Assembly (NCBI GenBank): GCA_965649825.1
Contig: OZ287699.1
Location: 496,001-560,000, forward strand
Origin: Penicillus capitatus
Lineage: Eukaryota; Plantae; Chlorophyta
DNA length: 64,000 nucleotides
Direction: 5' to 3'
The notes beneath the pieces were generated by a model. That model was given only the letters and a program-made list of their open reading frames with translations. It ran no database searches and was not told where the DNA came from. The position numbers and the translations under genes are program-made. How positions within the stretch are numbered: position 1 is the first letter of the stretch; every line of letters begins with the position of its first letter. Of the stretch, positions 38,639-51,512 are shown piece after piece.

Positions 38639-39814
38639 CTAGGTACGAAGCAGCGCATGGTGACCGCCATCACCGTGGGATTCTGACGTCGACGCTGTTA
38701 TTGTCCCTGTTGCCGTTATCTCTTTTAAAAATAGCGTTCATCTCGCCGTCGGTCTCAGACATTTCGCGAGCGCGGCTTTATACTTAATGTCACCATACCA
38801 GCTGTGTTGCCCGTCTTCGTTGCAGCCTGCGCCTCTGGCTGCGCTGTAGGAGCCGACGAAACACGACTCGACGCCACTTGAGCGTAAGCCATTTTCTTGG
38901 GCGCGATGCGCGTGTTCTTGCCATCCCAGGCGCCTTTTGCTGGCGACGGTTGGGTGACAGGCGGAACGGGACTCTCGGTCGGACTGACGCCTTTCGATAC
39001 GGCGGCGTAACTCGTTACGTTCGTACGAGGCGGCTCCGCAGGCTTCGGTTCTTCAACGGGTTTTGACGACCTTGTTCCCCACGGGTCCTCACGCTTTGAC
39101 GCAACTGGCGGCTCTGCAGGTTTTGAGGATCTTGTTCCCCACGGATCCTCACGCTTCGACACGACTGGCGGCGGCTCGTGAACTGCGGCGGGTCGAGATT
39201 TGGCCCAAGCGCCTTGGAGAGGCAGAGCGGTGGTGGCTCTTTGTTTCCTCTCTTCCTCTTTCACCACCTCGTCTTCCCAGTTTCCGACGGCCTCCGATTC
39301 ATTTTCGCCGATGATGTGTGCCGCAGTAGTTGTTGTTATCATTTCCTTTTCCGTGTCTTCTTCCTCTTCTTCCCTCTCTTCGGTCACACTCCTGTCGTCC
39401 AGATATGTTACGAAAACACGTTTTGGCGCATACGATGTCTAACATACGGTTCTGGCGTGATGGCCTCAGGGCTGGTATTGGTTGCGGATGGGTGCAGGTC
39501 GATGTAGGGTAACGAAAAATCCACTTCCGTATCAGGCTGACTGGCGGAAAGGATAGATTTGACGCATGACGCCTTGAGTAGACGAAAATCTAAAGTACCA
39601 GGCGTCGTCCCCTCTTGCGTCAGCGTCAGACAGTTCGACAAGCGATCGAATGCGAACACGGTTCCTTCGATAACTTCGTCCAGCGTCGTCAGAAGACGAA
39701 CGGAACAGCCCACAGCCCAGTCAGCTACAGTGAATGCAAACAGCACCTCCTCAACGAAGAACGCTTTTCCGGCAGACGAGAGAACAGACCTTCGGTTCGC
39801 TGGGCTGGATTCAT
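38639..39814 (-). CDS. LSM12-like Sm-fold domain fused to an acidic and Pro/Ser/Thr low-complexity tail
   Basis: Spliced MNPAQRTEA-DWAVGCSVRLLTTLDEVIEGTVFAFDRLSNCLTL..FRLLKASCV..LPYIDL; a GT-AG intron at ~39448-39393 joins to ORF 38755..39387; 3' end at 38755 or 38639. Confidence 0.7.
39071..39172. repeat. 60-bp intragenic tandem duplication (PPVxSKREDPWGTRSSKP x2)
   Basis: CTTGTTCCCCACGG..CCTCACGCTT..GAC at 39071 and 39131. Confidence 0.9.
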
Positions 39815-41074
39815 GGCGCGCGGTGATTCTTGTACGACAGATTTCTGCAATTCGATGGGTCTCTACGGAATGGTTTTGATTTGACAGCATCTTGTAAACG
39901 AGGTCCGATTTTGCGGCAAAAGACGGTGATGAGAGATCCTCACTGTCGATGTTTTCGCACAGGACGCTCTACGTCGCTGTTCTACGGCAAATTCGGGCCT
40001 TTCGTCTTTCCTTTATCTCTCCATGTTCGACTTAAGGGAGAAAACTAACTTGTCATCGAAGCTATGGACGCTTTCGATCCGAATCTCGGCAATTCAGGAT
40101 TCCACGCTGCCGATCACTAACCAACGATTCGATCATCTTCTCGAGTATGACGGGATCCGTCTCTGCTGCTTTCTGGTCTACGCCGTCACTGAATCCAGAA
40201 ATGCGTCCCACGTCATACAACTTGTGGACCAAACAGACATCGCATAAAACATCTGCTGCCTTCCTTTTAGCCTAACTCTGTTTGCGTCTCGCTCTGGAAC
40301 AGCAAGAAAGCTGCTCTGCTGCACGTCACAGCACAACTGTATTCTTGGGACAGTTATTGTCCCTGAGTTTTTCGTGAATGACGGCTTCTGTACAAATCAG
40401 GGCCATCGTGACAACAGCATCAACCCGATGGAACATCCATTTCCGGACAGACCAAACCGTTTTTGCGTACGTCGATGGCCTCGATGATGAATGGCATCGG
40501 CCGTTTCTTCCTGATCCAAATTGGCCTGAAGCTGATCGACGCACTCGACATTCCAGTAGAGCGAGGGAACTAACTGCCTTAACCAACTGCTCTATCCAGT
40601 GTGTCGCCAATTCGACCACCTGGGCACCGTCCTCCTTTAATGTGGCCACTGCCAGTCGCCGGACCAGTAATCAACGTCAATGCCAGTCGTTGCTGAAGAT
40701 GCCGAACTGGCATTCCACCATTGGTGGAGGGTTAACTGAAGCCAGAATGCAGAATTTAGTACGCAGAAATCTCTTCTGATTATAACGAACGCCAGCTTCT
40801 GCAATTGCTTTGAACCATTGAGACTCTAAGGAGTGGACGACAGCTACAGAGAGATAGTACACGACAGAAGCTCAAGGAAAGGTATCATACAATGTGTGTG
40901 ATTGACTCACGGAGTCTCGAGACAGTTCCAGTGTTACCGCAGCCAAGAGATATGCACAGACTGCAGGGATGGCTATCGGAACAGAGTAAGCGTTGCCAGT
41001 GGGGCTCCACTTCCTTAAGTAGTCTGTTGAGAGATGCAGCGTTACCATGACGACCTGCCCTGGACAACCTGCGA

Positions 41075-41319
41075 AAACATGGAAGACATCGTGCACGACA
41101 GGACGTGGTGCGAACCTGGTTCGAGATTCGGCAGCGGAGTCGTTTTCGGCGATGGCAACGCAGTACCCTGTGGAGTGCGGTGTACGAGGCAAAACTCTCT
41201 CGATGGATCTCTGCCGCTCGCTCACCACGCGGTAGGTCTGCATGACCGGTACCCACGTATTTCGACTGAAGATGCTCCAGCCGACTGCCGACGCCGAGAT
41301 GCTCCTGCGACGTGGCCAT
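41075..41319 (-). pseudogene. SF3B5: Frameshifted, divergent SF3B5 (splicing factor 3B subunit 5) copy
   Basis: RLEHLQSKYVGTGHADL..IHRESFASY, then AIAENDS in a different frame (25 nt between ASY and AIAE vs about 30 expected); conserved FEW replaced by GER. Confidence 0.7.
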
Positions 41320-41516
41320 CTTGTTCAACTGTTAAGGGGTTCTGAAAATCGAAAACGACGACCCAAGCGTACGGCCTCCGACGATAGGACGGGAAGGTTT
41401 GTTCGTTCGTGTTGATTCTGCGGTATAAGCGTACGCACTCTTCGGTTTAATCTTTCTGTACGTCTCGTTCAAAGAGAGATTTCTTTGAGTGTTCTGAGAA
41501 TTGTCAAGACGCCAGA

Positions 41517-44500
41517 ATGCATCGCGCGACGTTGTTGCCCTTTCAAGACAATATGGCGCAAGAAGTCAACGCCTCTGATACGTTATGCATTGTGGCTTCT
41601 GGAATCGGCTGCTTCAAACCAGTTTCTGTCTTCTTGCGTACCTATGCCGTCGAACCAAGCAGAGGGACTGTGGTTCTCTTGGGTTGCACTGAAACTCAGA
41701 AAAAAGCGTTGGAGGAGGAACTGCGTCGAGAGGATCCGACGTTGGAGATGCCTGTGGATTTGAACAAGGGCAATGTGTCGGCATCGACACGTCTGATGTG
41801 TTACAACACCGAGCGTAGTTGCTTCGCGACTCCACGCGTCTTTATCGACGATCTGCTCAGCCAAAGGGTCCAACCGGTCGCGTTCGCAGGACTTTATGTT
41901 TTCAACGCCGAGAATGTGTCCGACAATTCGGGAATCGAGTTCGCCGTGCGTCTATACCGTTTGGGCAATACCACCGGATTTGTCCGCGCTATTAGCGATC
42001 GACCTGTTTCGTTTGCGAGCGGATTCACTAAGGTTCCGTCGCGTCGCGAAAGGCATGCGCCTACAAGTGTGCGAGATTTAGGCCGAGCAGGTTATGAGAG
42101 GATTGCAAGTTCGAAGCCTGTCTCTTTGGCCGCGCTTTCAGGCCACGGTTAATGCAGATCTGGAACAAACAATCATTCAGGTGACCGAGATTGCGCAGCC
42201 GATGACGTCTGCTATGTTAGTGATACAAGACTCCGTTAGAGATCTCATGATGGCCCTGGTGGGCGAGCTTAATAAAACAGGGACAATTGACTGGTGCGCG
42301 CAATGATCACATTCCGATGAAAAAGTGTGAGAGTGTACTCGTAGTTCTGAGATAACGGAGGAGAATTGTCTCTTCGAAATCTCCGATGGCACGGTCCAGA
42401 AACAGATGATTTCCCAATTGAACTCTACCTGGGCGACAGTCACGTGGAAGACGAGGCAGTTGGTCTCCGATCTGAACGAGTTGTGCAGTGTGCTGTGGGC
42501 ACTCATGACGCGAGACGCAGTGGACTTCCTCTACTACCTGGAGATGATTCGCGTGACAAGCGAATACTCTATTTGGCAGTTCCACGATTCCGCCCACGAT
42601 GTCTTCCAACAAGCAAAGAGGCGCGTTTTTGTCCTCGACTCTAAAGACGATGCTGGTTCGCGCAAAAACAGAAGAAGAAAGACGAAGGGTGTCGCTGCCG
42701 GTAGCTAGACATCTGCTTTTGTCCACGACCTTGCCGTTCAATTTCTAGGAAGACGCGCAGATCTGCGTCCAGTATTGGAGCAGCCTCCCAAGTGGAGAGC
42801 CTTAAAAAACCTGATTGCCGAGATTCAGCAAGATATCCTGAACTCAACGAAGGGAGACAGCGAGGCAGAGAAGTCTATCTTAGTTGTGTGCAGGGAGATG
42901 TTTCTGAAGAAACAGCTGCGATTGGCGATTCAAGGTAACATCTAGCACATAGGCGGAAGGTTGGTACACGGGCAATCGACTTCACTGTAGATCCGGACGC
43001 ATTGCTGAAGAACTTGTTTCGCGAATACCTGGAACTGTCTCGACAGATGAGTGATCAGACGGGAGGCAAGAAGAAACAGCCTGCCACGCTCAGATGCGAT
43101 TTCTCTATGTTCGTTAGAAAGGACTCTCGATTGGAACGTCTAAGCTTCGATGGACGTGTAGGTATACGAGGGGTGAATTGACTTCGAGTCTGCCACTTCC
43201 GGACGTAGCTGAGACGACTATGGATGTGGCGTTAGAGAGGACACCGGAGGAAGTGTATGCGGACGAGACTCTGATTGGGCACCCTTTACTTCGCAACGTT
43301 CACTTTTATTCGCTCGACGAGAAAGACGAATGGGTTCTCTGGCGCGTTAAGCCAGAGTATGTTGTTTTCTATAGTCTCGACGTTGCCTTCCTGAGGCAAG
43401 TTGAACTCTTTCAGGTATCATATTTTTTCTGGTTCTGTAACGCATCTCGTTAAATACAGGCGATGAATTTGGATAAGCAGGTGAGATTGCATCTCATCTA
43501 CTACGACAGTTCAATCGAGAAAACGACGTTCACTGCCGCCGTCCAGAAGGAAACAAATGTCTTCGCAGACCTCATCGATCACAAGGAGCGCATCACCATT
43601 CCTCGTGATATCGGAGAGCGAAGACATCTGTCCGTGGAGAAACGACGGAAATCCAGAAAGGGCGTGTTGAGTCGGGAGAGAGAAGAGCGGCGCAAGATTG
43701 TAGTGGATGTGAGGGAATTGGTGTCAAGACTCCCTGCCACACTGCACAAAGCGGATTTCGACCTCCATCCATTTACACTTGAGGTGAGACATAAGCAATC
43801 TGACGACGAAACATTGTATGGCAGGTCGGCGACTATATTCTAAATCCGGACATCGTGGTCGAAAGAAAAACGGTCGCCGACCTTCACTCGTCGTTCAAAT
43901 CTGGGAGACTCTTTCGTCAAGCGAAAGCTATGACGGAGCAGTTCGAGATCCCAATGTTGCTGATCGAGTTCGACGGGAAGCAGTTTCGCCTGCAGAGCGA
44001 TCACGACATCGGTAGGGAGATCTCGTCGACCAACATCCTTTCGCGCCTCGTCCTTCTCGTCAATCATTTTCCTACCCTTAGGTTTTCAAACAACGACGAT
44101 TCTTGTGCATTCCATGAACTAAAACAGTATTCTTTGCTCTGCAGGCTGATCTGGTCGCCATCCACGCAAACGACGTGTCGCATCTTCAACCGTCTCAAGA
44201 GGAATCGAGCCGAGCCTGATCCTGTGGTGGTCAGGCGACAATATCGAAGGCAAACAGCCGAGGTGAACAATCAGAAAGCCATTGACATTCTCAGGTATGT
44301 CTATCTATTTCTTTCTATCCGTCGTGACTGACCATCGTCTGTTTTTTGACATCCATTCAGAAAGTTGCCTGGAGTGACCGATGCCAATTGCCAAGCATTG
44401 ATGAAATCCGTTCGATCACTCAACGACTTGTCGAAACAATCACTAGCACAATTGGAAAAGCTCATGGAGAGCAAGAAGAATGCAAAGGCGTTGCATGGTT

Positions 44501-44529
44501 TTCTTCATGCAAATGGTCCGAAAGAGTAG
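41517..44529 (+). CDS. ERCC4: DNA repair endonuclease XPF/UVH1/RAD1
   Basis: LLPFQ N-terminus, FATPRVFIDDLL, YSLDVAFLRQVELFQA, IVVDVRELVSRLP, VERKTVADLHSSFKSGRLFRQ, C-terminal (HhH)2 region; stop 44527-44529. Confidence 0.93.
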
Positions 44530-44607
44530 ACGATGCGCCTTGCGTGCAATGCATCCACAATCATGCTTGAATAAATGCCAATGTTACGTCGCACATGAAA
44601 CGTTGAC

Positions 44608-46255
44608 AGCAACGTCTCATCGATTCCTTTCGCCTTGGCCTGCTTCAGAATGTTTGCGATGAATCTGTTTTCACTGAGAAACGCGTGCCGCTTCTGGAAG
44701 GCCTCGCGGTCGGCGTCATCATCCGGTCGTGCTATGTAGAGCCTGCAGGTGGTGAAATTGTAGAAGGCTTTCAGTTTAGTTGTTTTGACCAACAGCTCCA
44801 TCGGCTTCCAGAACAGTCATCATGACTTCGTGACACAGAGTCGCCTCGTCGCCGTTCAAGAATGAGACGCGTGTGACCAGTTTCGCGTTCGCCCGCAGCC
44901 CCTCGTAGTCGAAACTCTGTCTGCATTGCGGCCTCTCTCTGTCTCGCCTTCGTCGAGCACGATCAGCCACGTTTGTATTCTCTCTAGAGATTTCAGAATC
45001 GTTGAACAATCGGATGCAAGAGTGTCGTTTTGGTTTGTGATTTGGATCCTGGCTTCGGTGCTCCGCAAATCCAAATCTCATTCGCCCCACACGCGCTCTT
45101 CGAAAGGCTAGAAATCTTCGAGCCAATGGAGATCGCGGAGGGTAGTGCAGAGGAAAACGATGCGACAACAAATGCCATCCCATTTGCTCGACAAGGAGCT
45201 CGATTGTTTGGAGATTTCTGTTTGCTCTAACTTTTTACAGTCATGCTAAAAATCAGATGAACTGTCTACGGAGTCATCTTTTGTCCGGGTTGTGGGAACT
45301 CCTGCGCGCCAGTCGCTGCTTAGCTGTCAAAACATGACAGAAACGGCATACACGACGTCGGGCTCACTCGAGCCTGGGACTTCAATAGCAACAGTTCCTC
45401 TCCTGCTGGAAGCGGTGCGACAGCTTTCTGGAGAGATCGCTGGAAGGCTATCCGAGAGAAACAAGTGCGTCTGTTTCTTTCGGGAGAAATGGATGGTATC
45501 TTCGCTGTTCCGCGATCGACAGGAAGAGAATGGAGATCTTATCACTTCACACCGTCGTTCCAAGTGAATGTCGAGGGATCGAAGAGGATTTGCTCCATTA
45601 GGCGGTGTTCGCCATGCAACGAGGCCGTCATGTTACACAATGCTTTTCCTCTAAAAACCGGAGACTGGTTCTACGGCATGGTCAGGGAGGGTGAAAGAAA
45701 AAGAAACGACAAGCCATCGGCATCAGCCTCCGGAGAATACACACACACTACCATACGCCCAGAAAGTAGTAATCATGGGTTCGACAAAAGAGGTGCGTGG
45801 GTGCACCGATGAAGTGGGTAGTAGAGCGATGTGGTAGGTTGCGCCTGCCAGGTGAGGCGACGTTTGACCTGTTCTTCGCTGACGCCAGACTGCCGTGAAG
45901 GGAATGATGGCGCGTTCTGATTGGCCGAGAGCGCGTCGAATTTGTTCCGGCTGTCACCTTGCCTACAAAACGCTCCACGCCATTCCCGTTTTCGCATTTC
46001 TGTTTTCCGAATTGGACGCCGGTCTTCGAAGTGCGCACTCGGACACTCCCGACGACGACGTGTCCGTCTCTTGCGTCGTCGTTGTGCTAACGTGGCGTCT
46101 GCGTCGACGCAGTTTTTTTCCGCTAGTGCTCGAACGACACGGACGGAGCTTCCGCAGTCATCGACTGTTTGAAGGTCCGTCCGTCCGTCCTTCTTTTGGG
46201 CATTTACGAATTGCGGCGCCGACTGCAAAAAGCAGGTTAGTCCGGAAGCGTGCTG
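44608..46255 (-). repeat. Dispersed repeat copy 2 (inverted, lacks the 191-bp insertion)
   Basis: Reverse-complement match to 25561-27405; paired ORFs 26832..27239 / 44776..45183 and 26785..26985 / 45030..45230. Confidence 0.95.
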
Positions 46256-48667
46256 AACAGCCGACGACAGGAGATAAGCCGACAGCAAACCGAAAGAACC
46301 AAAGCCGAAGGCTGTCACTTCTGAAGGTGCACCCTGTCTATGGGATAGAAAACGCCCGAGCTTTTCGTGCAAAACCCGGGGTCCGTTAAGGGAGCAGGGA
46401 CAGACAAGCGACAGAAGATGACAAGACCTTGGAATCGGAGCTGTCAAAGTACGGTCCGTTTCTGACAAACTCGACTGATGACTCGCTTGTGCTTGACAGG
46501 ACAATTGGACGATTTAGAGGATGAAAAATAGGAATGGACGCATCGAGCTCGTCGCCACTGCGAAGGTAAGGTCTTTCTCGCGAAGTTCTGCTAATGGAAT
46601 TTATGTGTTCTCCCTGAGGCCATCGGAAGCCAAAGAGAAGGATGAAGAATTGGAACGATCAAGCAGAGTTACACAGCTAACATGATGCAGGTAGGGTCTT
46701 CTTCTAGAGCTCTGATGATAGTGATGGATGCCTCGCAGGGCAACAGACGACGCGAATGGAGAGGCCAATGGGCATGACCGATGGTGTTCGGAAATTGCCA
46801 ATATGCGCCAAGGCGGTGCACCAGACCGAGACAGGTGATGTCGTGGCCGGCCTAACTTCTTTATAATGACGTCATGTGAATTGCAGGTTTCACGGAGAAG
46901 CGCTGATGCGGCAGCGAGGAAGAACAGCTCTGGAGGTGTCGAAGAAGCGCAGTCCGATGACGCGGCACTGCGCGCGTGGTGCGGGGGGAGACGTGGAATC
47001 GCCAACCAAGGAGACGCGAAACCGCGGTCCGCCGTACCGTTTCGAAGTGACGGACAGGGCCGACGACGAGCGTCCGCTAGGACGCCGAACAGTAAGCCCT
47101 CCTCCGCCTCGCCCGTTTGTTTGTTCTCTCTAGGTGTTTCGTCCTACGAACGGATCGCCCCCGGCGGGCCCAGTAGTGTCTCCCATAATTCCTTCCTCTG
47201 TCTCGCACCTCGGACCATGCAGATCCGCAGGATCGCGGCCGATAGGCTGGCTTTCGACAGACTTCTCGTAGTGGTGGCCCACCTCCTTACAATTTGGACC
47301 CCGTTCTTCCTCACTCGGGTCCCTCGATAACCGGCTTCGGTTTCGAGGTGCATCCGATTTTTGTCTGGCGATCTGTAAGCCAGGTGGGCGTTACATGAGC
47401 GAACAGATCCTGTTCTTTTGTGCGACGCCCATCTGGGATATACTCCGCCGGAAAACGACCCTGCTGTTCTGCATGGCACACCTCTACTTCATCAATGAAC
47501 CGATTTGTCGCCAAGATTTTGATCTGGCGATGTGACCGCCTCGTGCGGAAAGGGTGCAGTTGGTTTTGCCACGTTTGTTGTCACGTCGGAGGGGGGTTTT
47601 CGCTGTGAAAGGCTCATGTTTTCTGGCCCCGCATTCGAGCTGACTCATTCGCCTAGGAACGTCTTGTAACCGCGCGAGTATATAATGGACAATCTGAACC
47701 TTTCTGCACCTTGCTTCGATTACCGCAAAGAAGTCTTCCGCTGTTCTACGTTTTCGTTCGGCCGACCGGCGACACGATTGTTCGTACAAGACATCTTTCA
47801 ATAGCGCCTGGTCTCACTAGCAAATCATCGCCAATAAAATCTTCGTGGAGCAACACAGACACTTCTCGTGAAGCGTTCTGCCATGTTGATGCTAGGGTTT
47901 TCGCTTTATTTGACATGACAGATCTTGCTTTCAAGGCTACCTCCTCCTCTTTCATAACAGGTGAATGAGACCACAGGCGACCAAAGCAGATTTTGGTGGC
48001 CCAGAAGCTTCGCGGAGAAAGATGAAGAAGACACATCGATGGCAGTATGGGAAGCGTGTATGGTCATTGCCTATACGATGAATTAAATCTTCACGATCGA
48101 GATCGAGACCGTTCATTCGAAGAACGCTTTCTGAACTCTGTGTTCGTCTGTGGGTATAGAGTGCAGCGAAAACTGGCACTCATAAGTCTGCTGAGAATAT
48201 TCGTGTCTAACAAAGATCAAACGCAGGATCCTTAAACAGAGCTCTTTTACAAGTGCGAGACTTATCTGTGAGGCAGATTTAGCAGGTGCATGCCATCTTG
48301 CATTTCGAAGCATATGGTCATAACGAATTCGCTTTTACACAGCATGTTCTCGGCAACTCTGCCTTTTTTGCTAACCTCCAATCTGTCCATACCCCAACCA
48401 TTTCCGAGTGTACAGGTACAGACAAATTGCCTGTACCAAAAACAAGAACTTATTCAGACATCTTCTTTTACGCCTCAGTAACTCCCCGTCAAAAAAGGCG
48501 CTCACAGGGACGAATCGGTTCAGCACTAACAGCTAAGTTTTATTCCATAAAACAGCGGCCGCTAGACGCTAATAGTGACGAGGTGACTGAGTTCCCGGGC
48601 ATAGAAATGAGTAACGATGATGATCGATACGTTTGGACATTATTATCCATGTCAAACGTCGATTCCC

Positions 48668-49893
48668 TTATGCTAGTGCGGGGTGACCATCTAAACTAAT
48701 AAGGACAATGAAGGTAATCCAGCCTCCCTGAAGAAATCCAATCGATTCATCCTCCAGCGCACTGCAAGGCAAGAGACGTTCCCACCCCAAACTCTGCCTC
48801 GCGCCGATGGTCTGGGAGAAGCCTAGAAATCCAATAAACATACAACGAAGCAATGACAAGACGGATCACACTTTTCACACAAGTCTTTGCTGTGTAGGCA
48901 TGATTGACAACGCGCACTTCCAAGTTAATTCTCGCCCCCTGTTCTGAACAGTTATACACATAAAATGACATATCGTCGGATCCTTTCCAACCATGCGGAT
49001 GGGCAAACAGCTTCCTAAACAGCAACAGGCGTTAGAAGCATGTATGCATGTCCATAGCTGTACCATTTCATTCTGCCTATAGGAATCTCTTCGGAGTCCA
49101 GCTTATAGGGACTCTTTTCTTTCATTTTCTTCAGACTCCACTGTTTAGATACAATAAAGACAGCGACGGCTGAAGGAGAGATACTTTGTAGGTCACACTG
49201 TTGCCAGATACGGAAATGGATCCCGTTTCGTTTTCTGGCAGGACGATCCGAATATTGGTTCGAAGGACGAGCGAATCGCCAAACCAGAAGCCAGAAGCTG
49301 GATCCTTCACTTCAGCGACAGCTGCGAGACTCTTGGTTCCCCAATTGCTGTTCGAAGGTTGGTAGACTGTCCTCTTTTCTGCCCACATGCACCACGTCAT
49401 GGTATCAGCCGCATCATCTCGAAGTGTGTACCAAGTCTTTTGCTTTTTTTATCGTCGGAAAAATTGACAAGGGCAAAACCAAAATGCACCGTTACTTTTC
49501 TTTTGTCCTTTGTATGCAGATAGGCACTCAAATGCCCGTTTGTTGTGTGTTCGATGCTGAGCTGCCTACGAGACATCGACTCTTCAAGGTGTAGCTCTCT
49601 CTCTCAGCTGTCAGTCGAGTTTTACCAGCGGCCCTCCGCGAAGTCGAAGACAGGCGTCGTCAGTCGCCGGCTCTTGGTGTCAAGGAAGACGCGGTGGATT
49701 CTCCACTGGCGCCATAAAATATCAATTGACGGAAGGAGGGCGAAAAACGGCGCTAACCTCATGGCATGCGTACCACCCTTTCTTGTCAAGCTTTGTGCAG
49801 TAGTTTACACCGGACGCGGATCCATTGCAACCTATATACCAATTCCTCACTGCTTTCACCAAAAACCGCACCGGATGCACTTTCCACCGACAT
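48668..49893 (-). CDS. Tandem MATH-domain protein without RING (paralog of 13470..15010)
   Basis: Spliced: WRIHRVFL..FAEGRW-QLSI, NWGTKSL..DPASGFWFGDSLVL, WSLKK..DSEEI, LGWERLL..GFLQGGWITF; intron positions appear to match the paralog. Confidence 0.8.
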
Positions 49894-51512
49894 CTGTTCT
49901 AGGAGAGCGGCGACTGCAGGACAGTTTTTGTTGCTCTCTGCGCAAAACAGCGAAGTCGAGGCGAGTTTCACGTGAAATGGAGGAGGCAGCGAATGGAGAA
50001 TCTACATCTGTCGCTGTCTCGCGCGAGACGTCGCTTCGCACTGAGCTCTTTTATCGGACGCTGACTCGCGATCATATCCCCAGATTCGTGGAGAACCATT
50101 CCCTTTAAAGCGACACCGTTAGCGCGTCCAATGCTGTCTTCGTTACAACCGCCAGTCGAAACAAAACGTCAATTCTCAACGACCTGCGACATCATGCTCC
50201 TCAGAAATGTCAACCAGGACTGTCCCGTCCTTTTTCTTTAAAGTAGGGAGCGCATGTGGAGTGCAAAACGATTTGATGAAGGTTGCACTGACTCATAGTC
50301 ACAGAATCACAGCCAGTTCACACGCCTGTTGCATCAATGACCGTGCCATCTTGAGGTTTTGACGTTCTCTTAATTCCCTCAACTCACACGATACGATGAC
50401 GACATGGCAAAAGACCAATCCGCACCATTGAGCTGCGTAGATCCAGATCTTGACAGCATGGGGATTGTGGGACAAGGAATTCGACAGTGTGGGTTGACGG
50501 CATTCAATTGCTGGAAAGAAGAGTAACTAACGCATCACACTTTTGAGGGGTTTTCTGACGATTTGAGACGACAGGAGCGAAACCCCACTACTTCCAAGGT
50601 CCCGATCAGATTTGAAAATGATCGCTGCATGTGAAAAAGGCGTGAATATGCCGCCGGACTGGCGCTAAGTACAGAGATCACTCTTTCGCCTGTACAAAAA
50701 CTCACATCAACAGCTGTCTATGGAGACAAAATACGCTACCTTCCAGTCTCAGTCGATCATCCCTCGGATGCTTCAACTCTTCCAGCTTTTCTTCGAATTC
50801 AATATATCTGACAATGTGACCTGTTTCCTGCGCCTTTGGGGAGCAAAAGTGAAGCAGAGCTTGCAAAAGGCTCGTTGCGTACGTGTCCTACTGCACATCG
50901 AGTATCCAAATCTGGCACGCTTGTTCAAGACCTGTAATAATTCTGTCTGGAAGCATTAGTCGCTTCTCGAAAAAGCGTTCAAATCTGGAAGCATAGCTCC
51001 TAAGTCTCGCTGGCATATTCCGTATCGCTGTGATACGCGACGACGATCAACAGTGAAGAGACACGTGTGATCTGTACGATCACCACTGTACTACCTAGGG
51101 AGAAGCCGGCGAGATGACCATATATCTCTTCATGCAATCCCACAGAAGAACCATTTTACCTCTTCTGACGACCGGTGGCTGTTCGAAGGATCCACGAACG
51201 ACGATCATGGAAGCGATGGGTTTCGGTATTTACGATGAGGATATGATGGTACTACTGGGCTACATATATGGTTATGCTGTCATACACTGTTACGGCCTTT
51301 GTTGCCTCACGTCCTCTTTGATCAAAGGAAAGCACATAATCAGAAAAATGTTAGATCGGGAGATCGTTTTGGAAAGTGCGACCCGTTGTTGTCTTTACAG
51401 ATCTGCTCGCTCCGCAATTTCCTTACACACCGAAATGTAAGAGTTGGTAAAATGTCTTCTTTCTTCGAATGGTGCCGAGGATTTATCACACCAAAAAGAG
51501 TGATACGGGCAT

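Noticed and set aside
47746-48036. FIGDDLLV resembling an RNA-virus RdRp GDD motif
   Set aside because: Upstream motifs A and B and downstream motif D are absent; the context looks like a frameshifted cellular gene fragment
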